Below are positions 50,495 to 62,429 of a DNA stretch of 64,000 nt, piece after piece. Under the pieces are notes generated by a model, which ran no database searches, was not told the DNA's origin, and saw only the letters and a program-made list of their open reading frames with translations. Numbering within the stretch: position 1 is the first letter of the stretch; every line of letters begins with the position of its first letter. This stretch comes from Chiloscyllium plagiosum (lineage: Eukaryota): positions 31,084,150-31,148,149 of the forward strand of contig NC_057720.1 of the NCBI RefSeq assembly GCF_004010195.1, given 5' to 3'. The position numbers and the translations under genes are program-made.

Positions 50495-51497
50495 GCTCCA
50501 CAAGGATTTGTTCTGGGTTGCTTTTGGTTTGTCATTTATATAAATGATTTGGATGAGAATAAGGAAGGCAAGGTTAGTAAGTTTGCAGATGACACCAAAA
50601 TTGGTGGTATAGTAGACAGTGAAGAAGATTTTCTAAGACTACAAAGGTATCTTGATCAAATGGATCAATGGGCTGAAAAATGGCAGATGGAGTTAAATCT
50701 GGATAAATGCAAGGTATTGCATTTTGGTACAACAAACATGGATCGGAATTGTACAATTAATGCTCAGACCTTGTGTGGTGATGTAGAACAGAAAGACGTA
50801 GGAGTGCAGGTACATATTTTCTTGAAGTTTATGTCACATATAGACAGAATGGTTAAAAAGCTGTTTGGCACACTTGCCTTCATTGCTCAGTCCTTCGAGT
50901 ATAGGAGTTGGGAAGTCATGCTGAGGTTGTACAGAACATTGGTGAGGTCTCTTCTGGAATACTGTGTCCAGCTGTGGTCACCCAGTTATAAGAAGGATAT
51001 TATTAAGCTGGGGAGTATTCAGAAGAGATTTATCAGGATGTTACCAGTATGGAAGGTTTGAGTTATAAAAAAAGGCTGGAATAGGCTTGGACGTTTTATT
51101 ACTGGAGCGTGGGAGGTTGAGAGGTGACCTGATAGAAGTTTATAAAATAATGAGAGGTATAACTAGAGTTAATAGTAATTGTCTTTTCTCAAGGATGGGG
51201 GACTTCAAGACTAGGAGTCGCATTTTTAAGATGAGAAGGGAGAGATTTAATAAAGACACGAGGAGAAAGTTTTTTACATAGAGGGTGATTCGTGTGAGGA
51301 ATGAACTTCCTGAGGAAGTGGTGAATGTGGGTACAATTACAGTGTTTAAAAGAATTTAGATAAATACATGAATAGGAAAGGTTTGAAGGGATAAGGGCCA
51401 GGAACAGGTAGGTGGAACTAGTTTAGTTTAGCATTATGTTTGGCACGGACTGGTTAGACCAAAGGGTCTGTTTCCGTGCTATATGACTTTTTGACTG
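50495..51497 (+). mobile_element. CR1 3' portion (RT to tail)
   Basis: PQGFVLG..FVIYINDLD..SKFADDTKIGG..WAEKWQMELNLDKCKVLHFG..LEYCVQLWSP. Confidence 0.94.
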
Positions 51498-52214
51498 TAA
51501 ATGTTTGAATAAGTCTGGACCTCAAGCATGGGGTCGTTTAATAAAATGGCCGTTAGTTTTTCAAAAGCTGTTTGGCATTTTTCAGTCCATACTATCCTTG
51601 CTTTTTACTGTAGCAGATATCACAATGATATAGGTATTGTGTTAGAGCGTGGGAGGAACTTAAAGTAGAAGTCACACACTATCGAGAACCTCACAATTTC
51701 CTCTATTGTTATGGGAATAAGGTAATGTTCTATCGCTCCAACCATAGTAGTTCTGGACAGTATTTAGCCTTGAACTACTCCTTGATAAAGATGGGTCAAC
51801 TTTTGGGTGACGACCAATGAAATTCTCTTTATTACCTCCATGGGGTCTTCTAGATTCCTGAAAAAGGTTTCACCTAGCCAGACCAGAGGGTCTTCTGTTG
51901 GCAACGCCACTCAAACCTCTGCTGGCTGAGCTTGTCTCGCTATAGACCATGTGACAACACAGTCAGCGAAAATGTCAGGTACTTTCTCCTGTAGCTGTTC
52001 TGTTTCACTGACCTCAATGAACTTCTCAGAAACCACTGGCAATGCTTTCATCCTGCCAGGTCATTGTCAAGAAACAGATCAACCTCAGGCACAGTAGAGA
52101 CAACTCCTACAGTCACTGGTCCCAACACAAGGTTGCACTCTTGAAGCAGCTAGTAAAGGGAATGGCCATGCGTCCTACTTCAATCTCTTTTACCAGCGCT
52201 TGAATTAATCAAGC

Positions 52215-52675
52215 ATGATGGCAAATACGCTTACCAACTTTTATAGATGCGTCATCGAGAGCATTCTGTCTGGATGTATCACTACCTGGTATGTCAAGAT
52301 CGAAGATGGTTACAGAGAGTGGTGAACTCAGCCCGGACAATCACAAAGGCCAACCTCCCATCTATAGAATCCATCTACCAGGACCGCTGTCAAGGAAAGG
52401 CCACCAGCATTCTCAAAGATCTAACCCACACTGGCAATGCTTTTCTACAACATCTACCATTGGGGAGAGGTACAGAAGCCTGAACACACGCACCAGCCGG
52501 TTTTGAAACCACCCTACTGTTGTTCGCCCACACCTGTGTTTTTGTTTTTGCCAATGTTTGCCACTTATTTATTAACTATGCTACTTAACCATGTGATCTG
52601 CCAATATTGCTTGCAAGATAAAGCTTTTCACTGTGTCTTTTACACGTGACAATAAATTCAATTCAATTCAATTCA
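52215..52675 (+). mobile_element. REX1/Babar-type LINE 3' end
   Basis: LQRVVNSARTITKANLPSIESIYQ.RCQGKATSILKD; caataaa then (ttcaa)n. Confidence 0.85.
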
Positions 52676-52835
52676 GTGCAATGTATAACATTTTCTTCCA
52701 TCTTTTCATGTAGGAGTTCATATTCATAAGTATTAATCTCAGTTTGAAACTTGGATTATCAAAATGTGGAGTTTGGCCAACAGTTTATGAATTTAGTAAC
52801 TGAGAGAGATTTGAATTTGACATTGAGTCTAAGAA

Positions 52836-53140
52836 GGCGGCACGGTGGCACAGTGGTTAGCACTGTTGCCTCACAGCGCCAGAGACCCGGGTTCAATTCC
52901 CGCCTCAGATGACTGACTGTGTGGAGTTTGCACATTCTCCCCGTGTCTGTGTGGGTTTCCTCCGGGTGCTCCGGTTTCCTCCCACAGTCCAAAGATGTGC
53001 AGGTCAGGTGAATTGGCCATGCTAAAATTGCCCGTAGTGTTAGGTAAGGGGAAAATATAGGGGTAAGGGTGGGTTGCGCGTCGGTGTGGACTTGTTGGGC
53101 CGAAGGGCCTGTTTCCACACTGTAATGCAATCTAATCTAA
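52836..53140 (+). mobile_element. HE1/V-SINE, full length
   Basis: Near-identical to the 38343 and 44183 copies. Confidence 0.95.
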
Positions 53141-53212
53141 AGGATGGACTCTAGATTCTGTTGGATTGAGCCAAGATGCTCATTGTTCCAATCTGACTCA
53201 CCTTGTACTTGT

Positions 53213-53660
53213 CATTGAGTCATACTGTATGGAAACAGAACCTTTGCTCCAACTTATCTGTGCTGACCAGATATCCCAATCTGACCTAGTCCCATTTTCC
53301 AGCATTTGGCCCATTTCCTTCTAAACCCTTCCTATTCATATATCCATCCAGATGCCTTTCAAATGTTGCAATTGTACCCTCCTCCCCCTCTTCCTCTGGC
53401 AGATCATTCCATACATGCACAACCCTCAATTGAAAAACTTACCTTTCAGTTCTTTTTTATATCTTTCCCCTCCCATCTTAAATTTATGCCCCCTAGGTTT
53501 GGACTCATCCACCCTAGGAAAAAGACTGTGGCTATTCACCCAACCATGCCCCTTATGATTTCATAAACCTCCTTAAGGTCTCCCCTCATATTCCGATGCT
53601 CCAGGGAAAGAGGTCCCAGCCTATTCAGCTCTTCCCTATAACTCAAACCCTCCAGTCCTG
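53213..53660 (-). mobile_element. CR1 3' end
   Basis: Collinear with the 18507-18885 and 19958-20315 copies. Confidence 0.88.
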
Positions 53661-54243
53661 TCTTGATATGGCGACAGTTTGCAAGATGCTTTTATTTAAA
53701 TCGTGGCAGAATCTGAGCAAAGTTTATCTTGCACTTGAAATAGGGCTCAGAATTGTTTGATGTTCACTCTAAAGCTTATTCGTTTAGAAACTCATCAGGT
53801 GCTGATACTGATGTTGGTGTTTATGCTGGGACTACAATCATTTGTGCCCTCCCTGATCAAAGCCAGAGCTTTGGAATTAATGCAAGGACATCTCATTTGC
53901 ATGGTTCCGGTGGGAAGAGCATGCAGTCAGTCCAGGAAAATAGGTGACTGCTTACCCATGGGAGAGTTGTCCAGGTTCCCATCTGACCTTAGCCACCATT
54001 CTTTCTGGGTCACCAAGTGATTAAATAATCCAGAAAGCAGCTGCCCTCTCCAATGCTCCAGGTACCTTGACCAGGTCTGGCTTCAATCAATAGGATACAC
54101 ACTGCTGTTGTGGAAGTCATTACATCTCATCAGCTTGCCACTGCAATATTGGATCCCAAGTAAGGCTCAGTGGAAGGATCTTCTGGCCTAGGAAGTCTTG
54201 CCCCTTACAGGGAAATGTGGAAATTAGCTGAAACAGTGGAGCT

Positions 54244-54483
54244 GAGTGTGTGGTGCTGGAAAAGCACAGCAGGTCAGGCAGCATCCAAAAAGCATTTCAG
54301 GATAAGCCTTTCATCAGGAATGAGGCTTGTGGGCCAGGGAGCTGAGAGAAAAATGGGACGTAGGTGGGGTTGGGGGGGAAGGTAGCTGAGAAAGCAATAG
54401 ATAACTGCCTGACCTGCTGTGCTTTTCCAGCACCGCACTCTCAATTCCGATCTCCAGCACCTGCAGTCCTCACTTTTTCCTCC
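54244..54483. mobile_element. Inverted pLTR element (family A) with ~16-bp TSD
   Basis: gtgctggaaaagcacagcaggtcaggcag ... ctgcctgacctgctgtgcttttccagcac; ctgaaacaRtRgagct at 54228-54243 and 54484-54499. Confidence 0.85.
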
Positions 54484-54694
54484 CTGAAACAATAGAGCTA
54501 TGACACGACCCAGGTCTGCTCAATCTACAGGGACTGCCATATTTTGCATAGACCAGGACAGTCCCTTCAGTGTAACTATATAGCCAAACTGTTGGTGCTT
54601 CAGTATTGAAAGATTATTGAGCTTCAATACAGAGTATTGAAAGTGAGCAATGAACATAAGTGCATCAGAAAGTTCATACTCTTCCTACACAAAA

Positions 54695-54857
54695 ATGATT
54701 TGGAGATACCGGTGTTGGACTGGGGTGTACAAAGTTAAAAATCACGCAACACCAGGTTTTAGGCACCAGATGAAGGAGCAGCGCTCCAAAAGCTTGTGCT
54801 TCCAAATAAACCTGTTGGACTACAACCTGATGTTGTGTGATTTTTAATTTTGTACAC
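54695..54857. mobile_element. Inverted short element, HHR family D
   Basis: gtgtacaaagttaaaaatcac / gtgatttttaattttgtacac arms; cac-CAGATGA-A-GGAGC(AGC)GCTCC-AAAAGCTT-gtg (two core substitutions). Confidence 0.78.
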
Positions 54858-55548
54858 AAAAAATAATAGTGACATTTGCATGTATGTGCGACATTGAATA
54901 AGCAATGAATAAGGTGAATTAAGTAATCATTCATAAATCAGAGCAAGGGATTATTGCATGTGTTAAGCATTCAATGTATTCAGTAACTTTCATAGTTTCT
55001 GTTTGTTCAACATACCTGGGGTTAAAGTCCTCATTGCTGCATGTAATCACATGGGATTTTTGTTTATTCAGCAGGACAAGGGTTAAAAGACAAATCACAG
55101 TACATCATGCTCACTGTGTGCTGTAATTCAGCAGGACAGAGGTATCCTGCTGTAACACTGGGGTGTTAACCATGTGACATTCCTGATATAGAAATTAAAT
55201 CAATGAGAAGAGGCAGGAATTGTGTTCAATTTTATAATTTTAAATTGATTCCTTTTGTAAAAGGAGGTACATTAAAAAAGGTACATGCACTTTTATTGGG
55301 TCTAAAACTTTTGATTAAGGAATTTTAAAACTATAGGACTTGAAGTCTTTAAATCTCCTCCATTTTTAGTTGTAACTTGTCTTAGCCCAAAATGCTTCCC
55401 AGCAACATCTGTTTTGAGGTTATTCAAATTTTCATGTTAGAGGTGTGTGGTCAGTGAACTTGAATCACTGACTTCCACCTTTCTCCTGGGATCCTTGACA
55501 ATCACAGTGACGTTGCTAAGAAGAATAATATCACACAGATGTCCCTAC

Positions 55549-55880
55549 TGGCGGCACGGTGGCTCACTGCTGCCTCACAATACCAGGGAGTTTGATTCCA
55601 GGCAACTGTGCAAACTCCACACAGACATTCTCCCTGTGACTACGTGGGCTTCCTCCAGGTGCTCCGGTTCCCTCCCAAAGTGCAAAGATGTGCAGGTTAG
55701 GTGAATTGACAGTTGCCCATAGTGTTCAGGGATGTGTTGGGTTAGACGCATTAGTCAGGGGTAAATGTAGAGTAAAAGGGTAGGGGAAGGGGCTTGGGAG
55801 GGTTAATCTTCAGAGGGTTGGCGTGGATCTTTTGGGCCTAATGGCCTTTTTCAACACTGTAGGGATTCGATGATTCTATG
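55549..55880 (+). mobile_element. Older HE1/V-SINE
   Basis: ggcggcacggtggctcactgctgcctcaca, V-domain remnant, gggcctaatggcct tail. Confidence 0.8.
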
Positions 55881-57167
55881 GAAAGGGGAATCTGAAAGAA
55901 ATTTTCCAGGTTGTGTTTTTGAGGGCAAATCTGATTACGTGAAAGAAGACCCCGCATCATGCTACTAATTTTTTTTTAAAATGGCATGCTGTATTAAACC
56001 CGCAATGTTTATTGGCAATTCACCTGATGGGCTAGACCATCCATCATGCTTCTGATATGGTTCGAAGACAGTTGACACCTTTTAAAGAGAACTGTTGTAG
56101 TGCAGAGGTGGCCTCACTCAACCTTATATTTGAAGAAACAATCTTAGAGATTAGCATTATGCATAATCTCGAGGGTAGGTCAGAGAATTATGTACATGTA
56201 GCTTCATCCAGCAGATGAGCACACCAGTGAGAGATTGTTACCCCATCCATCAGTTTGAGCACTCATTGCCTCCACCACTGGTGGGAAGTCATAGCATTGT
56301 TGAGCATATACAAGATGCATTTCAGTAAATCACCAATGCTGCTTTGGCAAGATATTGAAAACCCACGATTTCAGTGACATAGGAAAAGATGCACAACCTT
56401 CACCCGACCTCCTGAAAGCTCCCATCCAAGACACTTCGCTTCCTGACTTTGTTGTTCTTTCACTCTACTGTGACAAAACTCTAGAACCTCCTCCCTAGAA
56501 CAACTAAGGATGCATTTCCCTTTTGTAGACTACAATGGTTCAAGAAGATTGTTCAAAACAATACCCTCAGGAGAAATGAAGGATGGGCATTAAAGACAGA
56601 CCTTGTCAGTAATGCTAATATCTCATGAATCAATAACAAAGAAGTAGGATAGTGCAGATTGCTGCAGAGAGCTCTGGAATCATATCTCTGATAGAGATAA
56701 ATGTGAAAACTGACAGCAATCTACAGAAACCAACAAAATGATCTGGACTGCCTGCTAGTGAACTTGTACACAACCTCAGAGAGGTCCAATTCCAAATGAG
56801 TAACATCTTTATGCATGACATTGAGACCATGCAGCTAAACATGGAATGCTTGGTGATGTTTGTGAAGCTTCAGAGCAACAGAATTTCTGTTAACAGGTCT
56901 GACTCTGGTTGCAGCTGTGTTCTTGGTTATGGGGGTCTGGATTACAAAGGTGGAGCAAGTGTGTGAGCAAAGGGTTTCGAGAGCCTTTCAGTTCATCTGC
57001 ATTCTGTTCTTCCACAGAACATGGACAGCTCCCTGAGAGTGAATATCATATCTTCTCCTGGGCTGACAGCATACCAATCTTTCAGCCCGCTGGACACTCA
57101 GTTCCGGCCAAAGACAAGTTCAAATATCCGTAGATGAAATGTCAATGGCTGGGTTCCTGTTTTGTTA

Positions 57168-57268
57168 CAAACAAAAACAGAAATTGCTGGAAAAGCTCCA
57201 CAGATCTGGCAGCACCTGTGGAGAGGAATCATAGTTAACTTCCATGTTCAGTGACCCCTCCTCAGAAC
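57168..57268 (-). mobile_element. Solo pLTR-like unit, HHR family E (degenerate)
   Basis: Reverse complement gtt-CTGAGGA-ggggtcactgaac..ggaagtt-aac followed by the gctgccaga..cttttccagca tail. Confidence 0.65.
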
Positions 57269-57797
57269 CCCTTATTGTCGTTCGTCTTGGTTATCCCAAG
57301 TGTCTTCAGTGGAAAATTAGTGGCTATCCATCTCCCAATATATTAGCAATGAAGAACCACCTGGGTGGAGCATGAAAATAAATGAACAAACATTTGGAGA
57401 AGATATCAAGAGAAAAGCGGTCACAAAGGATGATGGTTATGGTTGTTGGAGGTTAGTTATTTCAGTACTAAGATTGAATGACAAAAATATAATTGTATTG
57501 GAGGCTGATCAGAAGAGGATTACTAAGATTGATATCTTCAATGCATAGGTTGTCTTATCAGGAAAGTTTTGACAGGCTGGGCATGATCATAGAAAAGTGA
57601 GAGGTGACTTGAATGTACGAGATCTCCTATTGTCTTGACAAGTTGGATGTGAAAAGGATGTTTCCTGTCATGGGGGAGTCCACAATTATTTTAAAATTAG
57701 AGGATATCTCTTTAGGACAGATAGGGACAATACATTTTCTTTCAAGGTGTTTTGCATCTTTGCAAATCTCTGCCTCAGAAGCCGGTGGAGGCACGGT

Positions 57798-57904
57798 CAT
57801 AATTTCGGTTACATCACACTGTAAACTTTTGCTATAAATTCTGTGTCCTACGATCTTATACTCTACAACCACCTGATGAAGGAGCGGCGCTCTCAAAGCT
57901 AGTG
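57798..57904 (+). mobile_element. Family D fragment ending just after the HHR, within an old CR1
   Basis: ccac-CTGATGA-A-GGAGC(GGC)GCTCT-cAAA-GCTA-gtgg; upstream matches 58945-58981 and 59199-59250. Confidence 0.75.
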
Positions 57905-58539
57905 GAGGACAGATTCTTGTTAGGCAAGATAATCAAAGATTATTGGGGGCAAAACATAAACTGATCAGCCATGGTCTTATTGAATGGTGGAGCGGCCTCA
58001 AGGACCAAATTGTTTCCTTCTGCTCCTACATTGGATGTTGGCCCATGGATATGGAGGTGACATTTAACCAGAAGCCAAGTTGGACTAGACATTTAAATAC
58101 TGTGGCTACAAGAGCAGATCAGATACTGGGAATTCACCTTCTGTCTTCTCAAAGTCTGTCAACCATCCACAAGTCACAGAATCACGGAATCACAGAATTG
58201 CTATAGCACAGAACAAAGCCATTCAACATTCTGTGCCTGCTTCGGTTCAACTACCCAAACCAATCTCCTGCCCTTTCTCCATATCCATGTACACTATTTC
58301 TATCCTAATAATCATCCACTACCCTCTTGAATGCCTTAATTGAATCTACCTCATTCACAGGCAATGCATTCCATACCCTGACTACCCACTGTGTGATAAA
58401 GTTTTTGCCTGCATCACCCTTGTTACATTTGCTCATGACTTTAAATCAGGAACATGATGGAAAATTCTCCACTCAACACCACTCAAGAAGTTCAACATCA
58501 TTCCAACGCAAAGCAGCCCACTTGAAAACCATTGGAATA

Positions 58540-59289
58540 TACAAAGTTAAAAATCACACAACACCAGATTATAGTCCAACAGTGTTTTTTGGATGCACTA
58601 GCTTTCGGATGCCACTCCCTCATCAGGTGGTTGTGGAGTATAAGATCGCAGGAAACTGAATTTATAGCAAAAGTTTACAGTGTGATGTAACTGAAATTAT
58701 ATATTGAAAAAGACCTGGATTGTTTATTAAGTCTCTCATCTTTTAGAACGGGCGTGTTGGTTTCAGTTCTTTCGTAAGTAAATTCCAGAACTTTCTTGAC
58801 GTTACATTCTCAAGTGAACTTTAACAATAGGAATGAGAATGTAACATTAAGAAAGTTCTGGAATTTACATATGAAAGAACTGAAACCAACATGCCCATTC
58901 TAAAAGACGAAAGACTTAACAAACGAACCAGGTCTTTTTCAATACATAATTTCCGTTACTTCACACTGTAAAGTTCTGCTACACAGGGCAGTTCACATAG
59001 GGAATGAACTTCCTGAGGAAGTGGTGGATATGAGCATAATTACAATATATAAAAGAAATTTGGATAAATACATGAATAGGAAAGTTTGGAGGGATATGGA
59101 CCAGGAGCAGGCAGGTGGGACTAGTTTAATTTGGCATTATATTCGGCATGGACTGGTTGGACTGAAAGGTATGTTTCCAAGCTGTATGACTTTGACTGTA
59201 TAAATTCTTTGTCCTACGATCTTATACTCCACAACCACCTGATAAAGGAACTGCACCCCAGTCCAACACCGGCACCTCCAAATCATGAC
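58540..59289. mobile_element. Long palindromic family D element whose right arm is interrupted by a CR1 3' end (~58982-59198)
   Basis: ~58615-58811 is the reverse complement of 58833-58981 plus 59199-59250; intact HHR on the minus strand at 58596-58629; tggaatata at both ends. Confidence 0.82.
58596..58629 (-). ncRNA. Minimal hammerhead ribozyme motif (family D), intact core
   Basis: cac-CUGAUGA-G-GGA(GUGGCA)UCC-GAAA-G-CUA-gug; stem I cac/gug, palindromic AGCU stem III. Confidence 0.72.
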
Positions 59290-59450
59290 TGGAATATAAC
59301 ATCACCTGCTGGTTCTCCTTTAATCCATACACCATCCCAGACTGGAAATATATTTCTGTCGCTGGGTCAAAATCCTAGTATGTAACTACATAACCTGGAC
59401 TAAGAAGGCAGCTCACCAGCTTTTAAAGGCACTAAGGATTTGGTAATGAA

Positions 59451-60131
59451 TGTTAACTTAACCAGTTTTTTTTGCTGCTCCTTTAGCAAGTTTATGCTGT
59501 CCTTGGTTTCTTTTTCAGAGAGGTCATAAACAAGAGTTGCCCAGAGGTCTAGGTTTGAAGGGTTTAGGGTCAGTTTGATTGTAGCTAACAGATACTGCCT
59601 CAGGAAGTGACTTTCAAGTTTTAAAAAAAAACTTGTACGATGAAAGGGCAGTGGCCAGTTCTCCCAGCTCAGCTTCACTCTGGTTTGGTTTGGTTTGGTT
59701 TGGTTTGGTTTTAGCAGTCTGGCTGTTCAGTGAAAGCAGTCAGTCGTTGTGATACAGCTAGACCCAAAGAAGCAGATCCATGGTGATCCTCTCTCTCTGA
59801 CATCTCTCCTGTAAGAACCTGAGTTGGATTTTTCCTTTTTATGCAAAGAGACCTTTATGGGGATTGTTGCAAGTATTTGGAGCAACATCATTAAGTTGTG
59901 ATGATCTGTTGGGTTTTCAGATAAGTACGGTTATTCTATATTCTGCTCTCTTTTGTTTGTGTTTTTTTCACTAATCTTGCAAATGAATTCTGGTTTGTTT
60001 AAAACTAAGTGGTTGGGCCAGCTCCATCGCTCCTAGAATATCCACTATACGCCTGATGAAAACAATGGCAAAGTTAGGGTCCAGGCTACATTCTTGAAAT
60101 GTTCTGAGGGCATCTGGCCTGGTCCATAACA
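59451..60131. repeat. Possible solo LTR containing a (GGTTT)n run
   Basis: tgtta...taaca termini, ~680 bp; no TSD seen. Confidence 0.4.
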
Positions 60132-60989
60132 CCAGGGACATCTTCTTTAATGGCTTTTTAAAAACATTTCTGATCAATTGGTTCTCCACAAGTCAGCTCA
60201 GTAACAACGTTGTCTAACATCTCCAGAGTATTAGTCCAGGCCTCTCAATTACTACTCCAGTAATAGAACTACTCAGTTACTGTTAGCTTTCCTTCTTACT
60301 CAAGATGAAATGTTAGCACTGAATCAAAATGAAATTTGATCATAATGAAGACAATGTAAAGCAAAGCCAAGGGATCTATTAATCAAAGGGACACTAGACA
60401 AACTTATGAGAGGGAATAATTGCTTATAATGGTAGGATTAGATGACAAAAGATGGGAGCTGTTGTGAGTGGAGCACAAATATTGGTTTGAGTTTGTTCAG
60501 TCTGATGGCCTAGCCTATGTCTAATAGGCAGCAGATCCAATGTGACCTATTTAATAAAAAAAATGAATCAGTGAATTTAGCATTCTTTTGGTACATTACA
60601 CAGAAGAAAGCATTTTGTCAGAGGTGCATTTAGCTGTACAGATCATCACAGGAAATGCTGCAGAAACCTCAGACTATGATTCAGAATTTATTATGGATTC
60701 TCTGTTCAGCATGTAGCAGCACTTTATGTATCTTCTGTTTTCAGGCCTAACTTTCAAGAGAAAGCAAATCATTGTTAATCAACAGGCTGTGGGGGACAAT
60801 CAAGCCTCAGTCTGTTAAACAGTGCACTGTTCATTCATATATTAAGTAAATAACAACTTACTGGACATTTGACTACTCAGAATTTTATCAAAGGTTGTGA
60901 CATTGGGATCACATGTGGGTCTTGTTTCTGTATGGTGGGGCAGTGGGATCACAGCAGGAATCTTCCTGAAGTTGACTTCTTAACGGGAA

Positions 60990-61340
60990 GCTGATGGTGT
61001 AATGGTAATGTCAGGGACTAATAATCCAGAATCCTAAACTAATGCTTGGAGGACATGAGTTCAATCCCCACCATAGCAAACAGTGAAGTTTGAATTTAAT
61101 TAAAAGAATTTTGAATTAAAAGCAAGTCTGATGATGACTATGTAACCACTGTCAATTGTTGTAAAATCCATCTCGTTCAGTAATATTCTTAGGGGTGGAA
61201 ATCTGCCATTTTTACCTGGTCTGGCCTACATGCGACTCCAGATCCACAGCAATATGATAGACTCTTAAATGCCCTCTCGATTATTAGGGATAGGCAATAA
61301 ATGCTGGCCGAGCCAGCGATACCCGATTCCCATGAACAAA
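60990..61340 (+). mobile_element. tRNA-derived SINE with a 3' end resembling the CR1-group LINE family
   Basis: tggtgtaatggt A box, gagttcaatcc B box, tagggataggcaataaatgctggcc tail; related remnant at ~11500-11700. Confidence 0.7.
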
Positions 61341-62429
61341 TACAAATTTTTATAAATGCCTGCTATCTAACTAACGAAAACAATTTGGCTCTCCACACTC
61401 CTGGCCCAATCAGAATCCCAGTCCTTCCACTGTGGGATTGGATGGGAAGGCACTCCACCAACAGAAAACGGCAGGGTAATTTCCCTTCTGCAGATTGTGC
61501 CAGGGCATTGTTCCAGCCTGCCTCCGTGACATTTTACCTTCACCCCCACCCCTCACACCTCCTTCTGATCTGTCACTAGTGGGCTAGTAGTTTCTCACTG
61601 CTGAAGTCAGTAATGCAAGGAGAATTCATAATATATCATGTGATACCTTCCAGTTGGCAATATGTACAGTGAGGATTCTCTGGTACAATCCTTGTGATGC
61701 TGTCTTTGTGAGAATGTAAAACCTGTTGAAAGGAATAACAAGTAATCCTGAAATAGGTTGGAAACAGTTAAGATAGTAAAACAGCATTCAAACTAACTGT
61801 TGGTCAACTATTCAAACGAAAATAAATTAACATTATATTATCATCACTTGAAGCTTTAACTGATACCCTGAGCTAGTTGATAACAGATGGCAAATTTTAT
61901 GTGGACATGGTCAGTAAAATCCACTGGAGTGCGTGGAATAATGGGCTAGTGTAACAACTTAACTCTTTGAATGCTCCCAGACTCTTTTCAGCATCAGGAT
62001 CCACACTGCTTCGTCTCTGCAATTTTACATTCTTAAAGATGATTTGATCAGAGCCTATCTTGGTGTTCACAGATTCGGAAAGAAACCTTTAAATAATTAT
62101 AACATTAGTTGTGGAACTCACTCTGATCAAAGCCCTTAGAGGATAGTCTGATGCCTTAAAACTTCCTCCTGTTATTGTAGAATTGAAGAAACATGGATGA
62201 TACAACACAGAAGACTATTCAGCCTGACACCTCTACTCTTTAAAGAAAATATTAAATGGATTAGGAGGCTCCGGGTGGGGCACTATGACAAAAAGAAACA
62301 AAAGAGTTAATGAAAACTTTTCAAACTCAAATTAAAACATTATTCCAGGGGGACAGTGCACTGCACTCCCTAGAAGGCTCATTGGTCATAAAAGAACCTG
62401 TCACCTCCATGCTGACTCTTCAGGAAAAC

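Noticed and set aside
56740..56970. Protein-like open frame (ELVHNLREVQFQMSNIF...)
   Set aside because: No clear splice signals or homology
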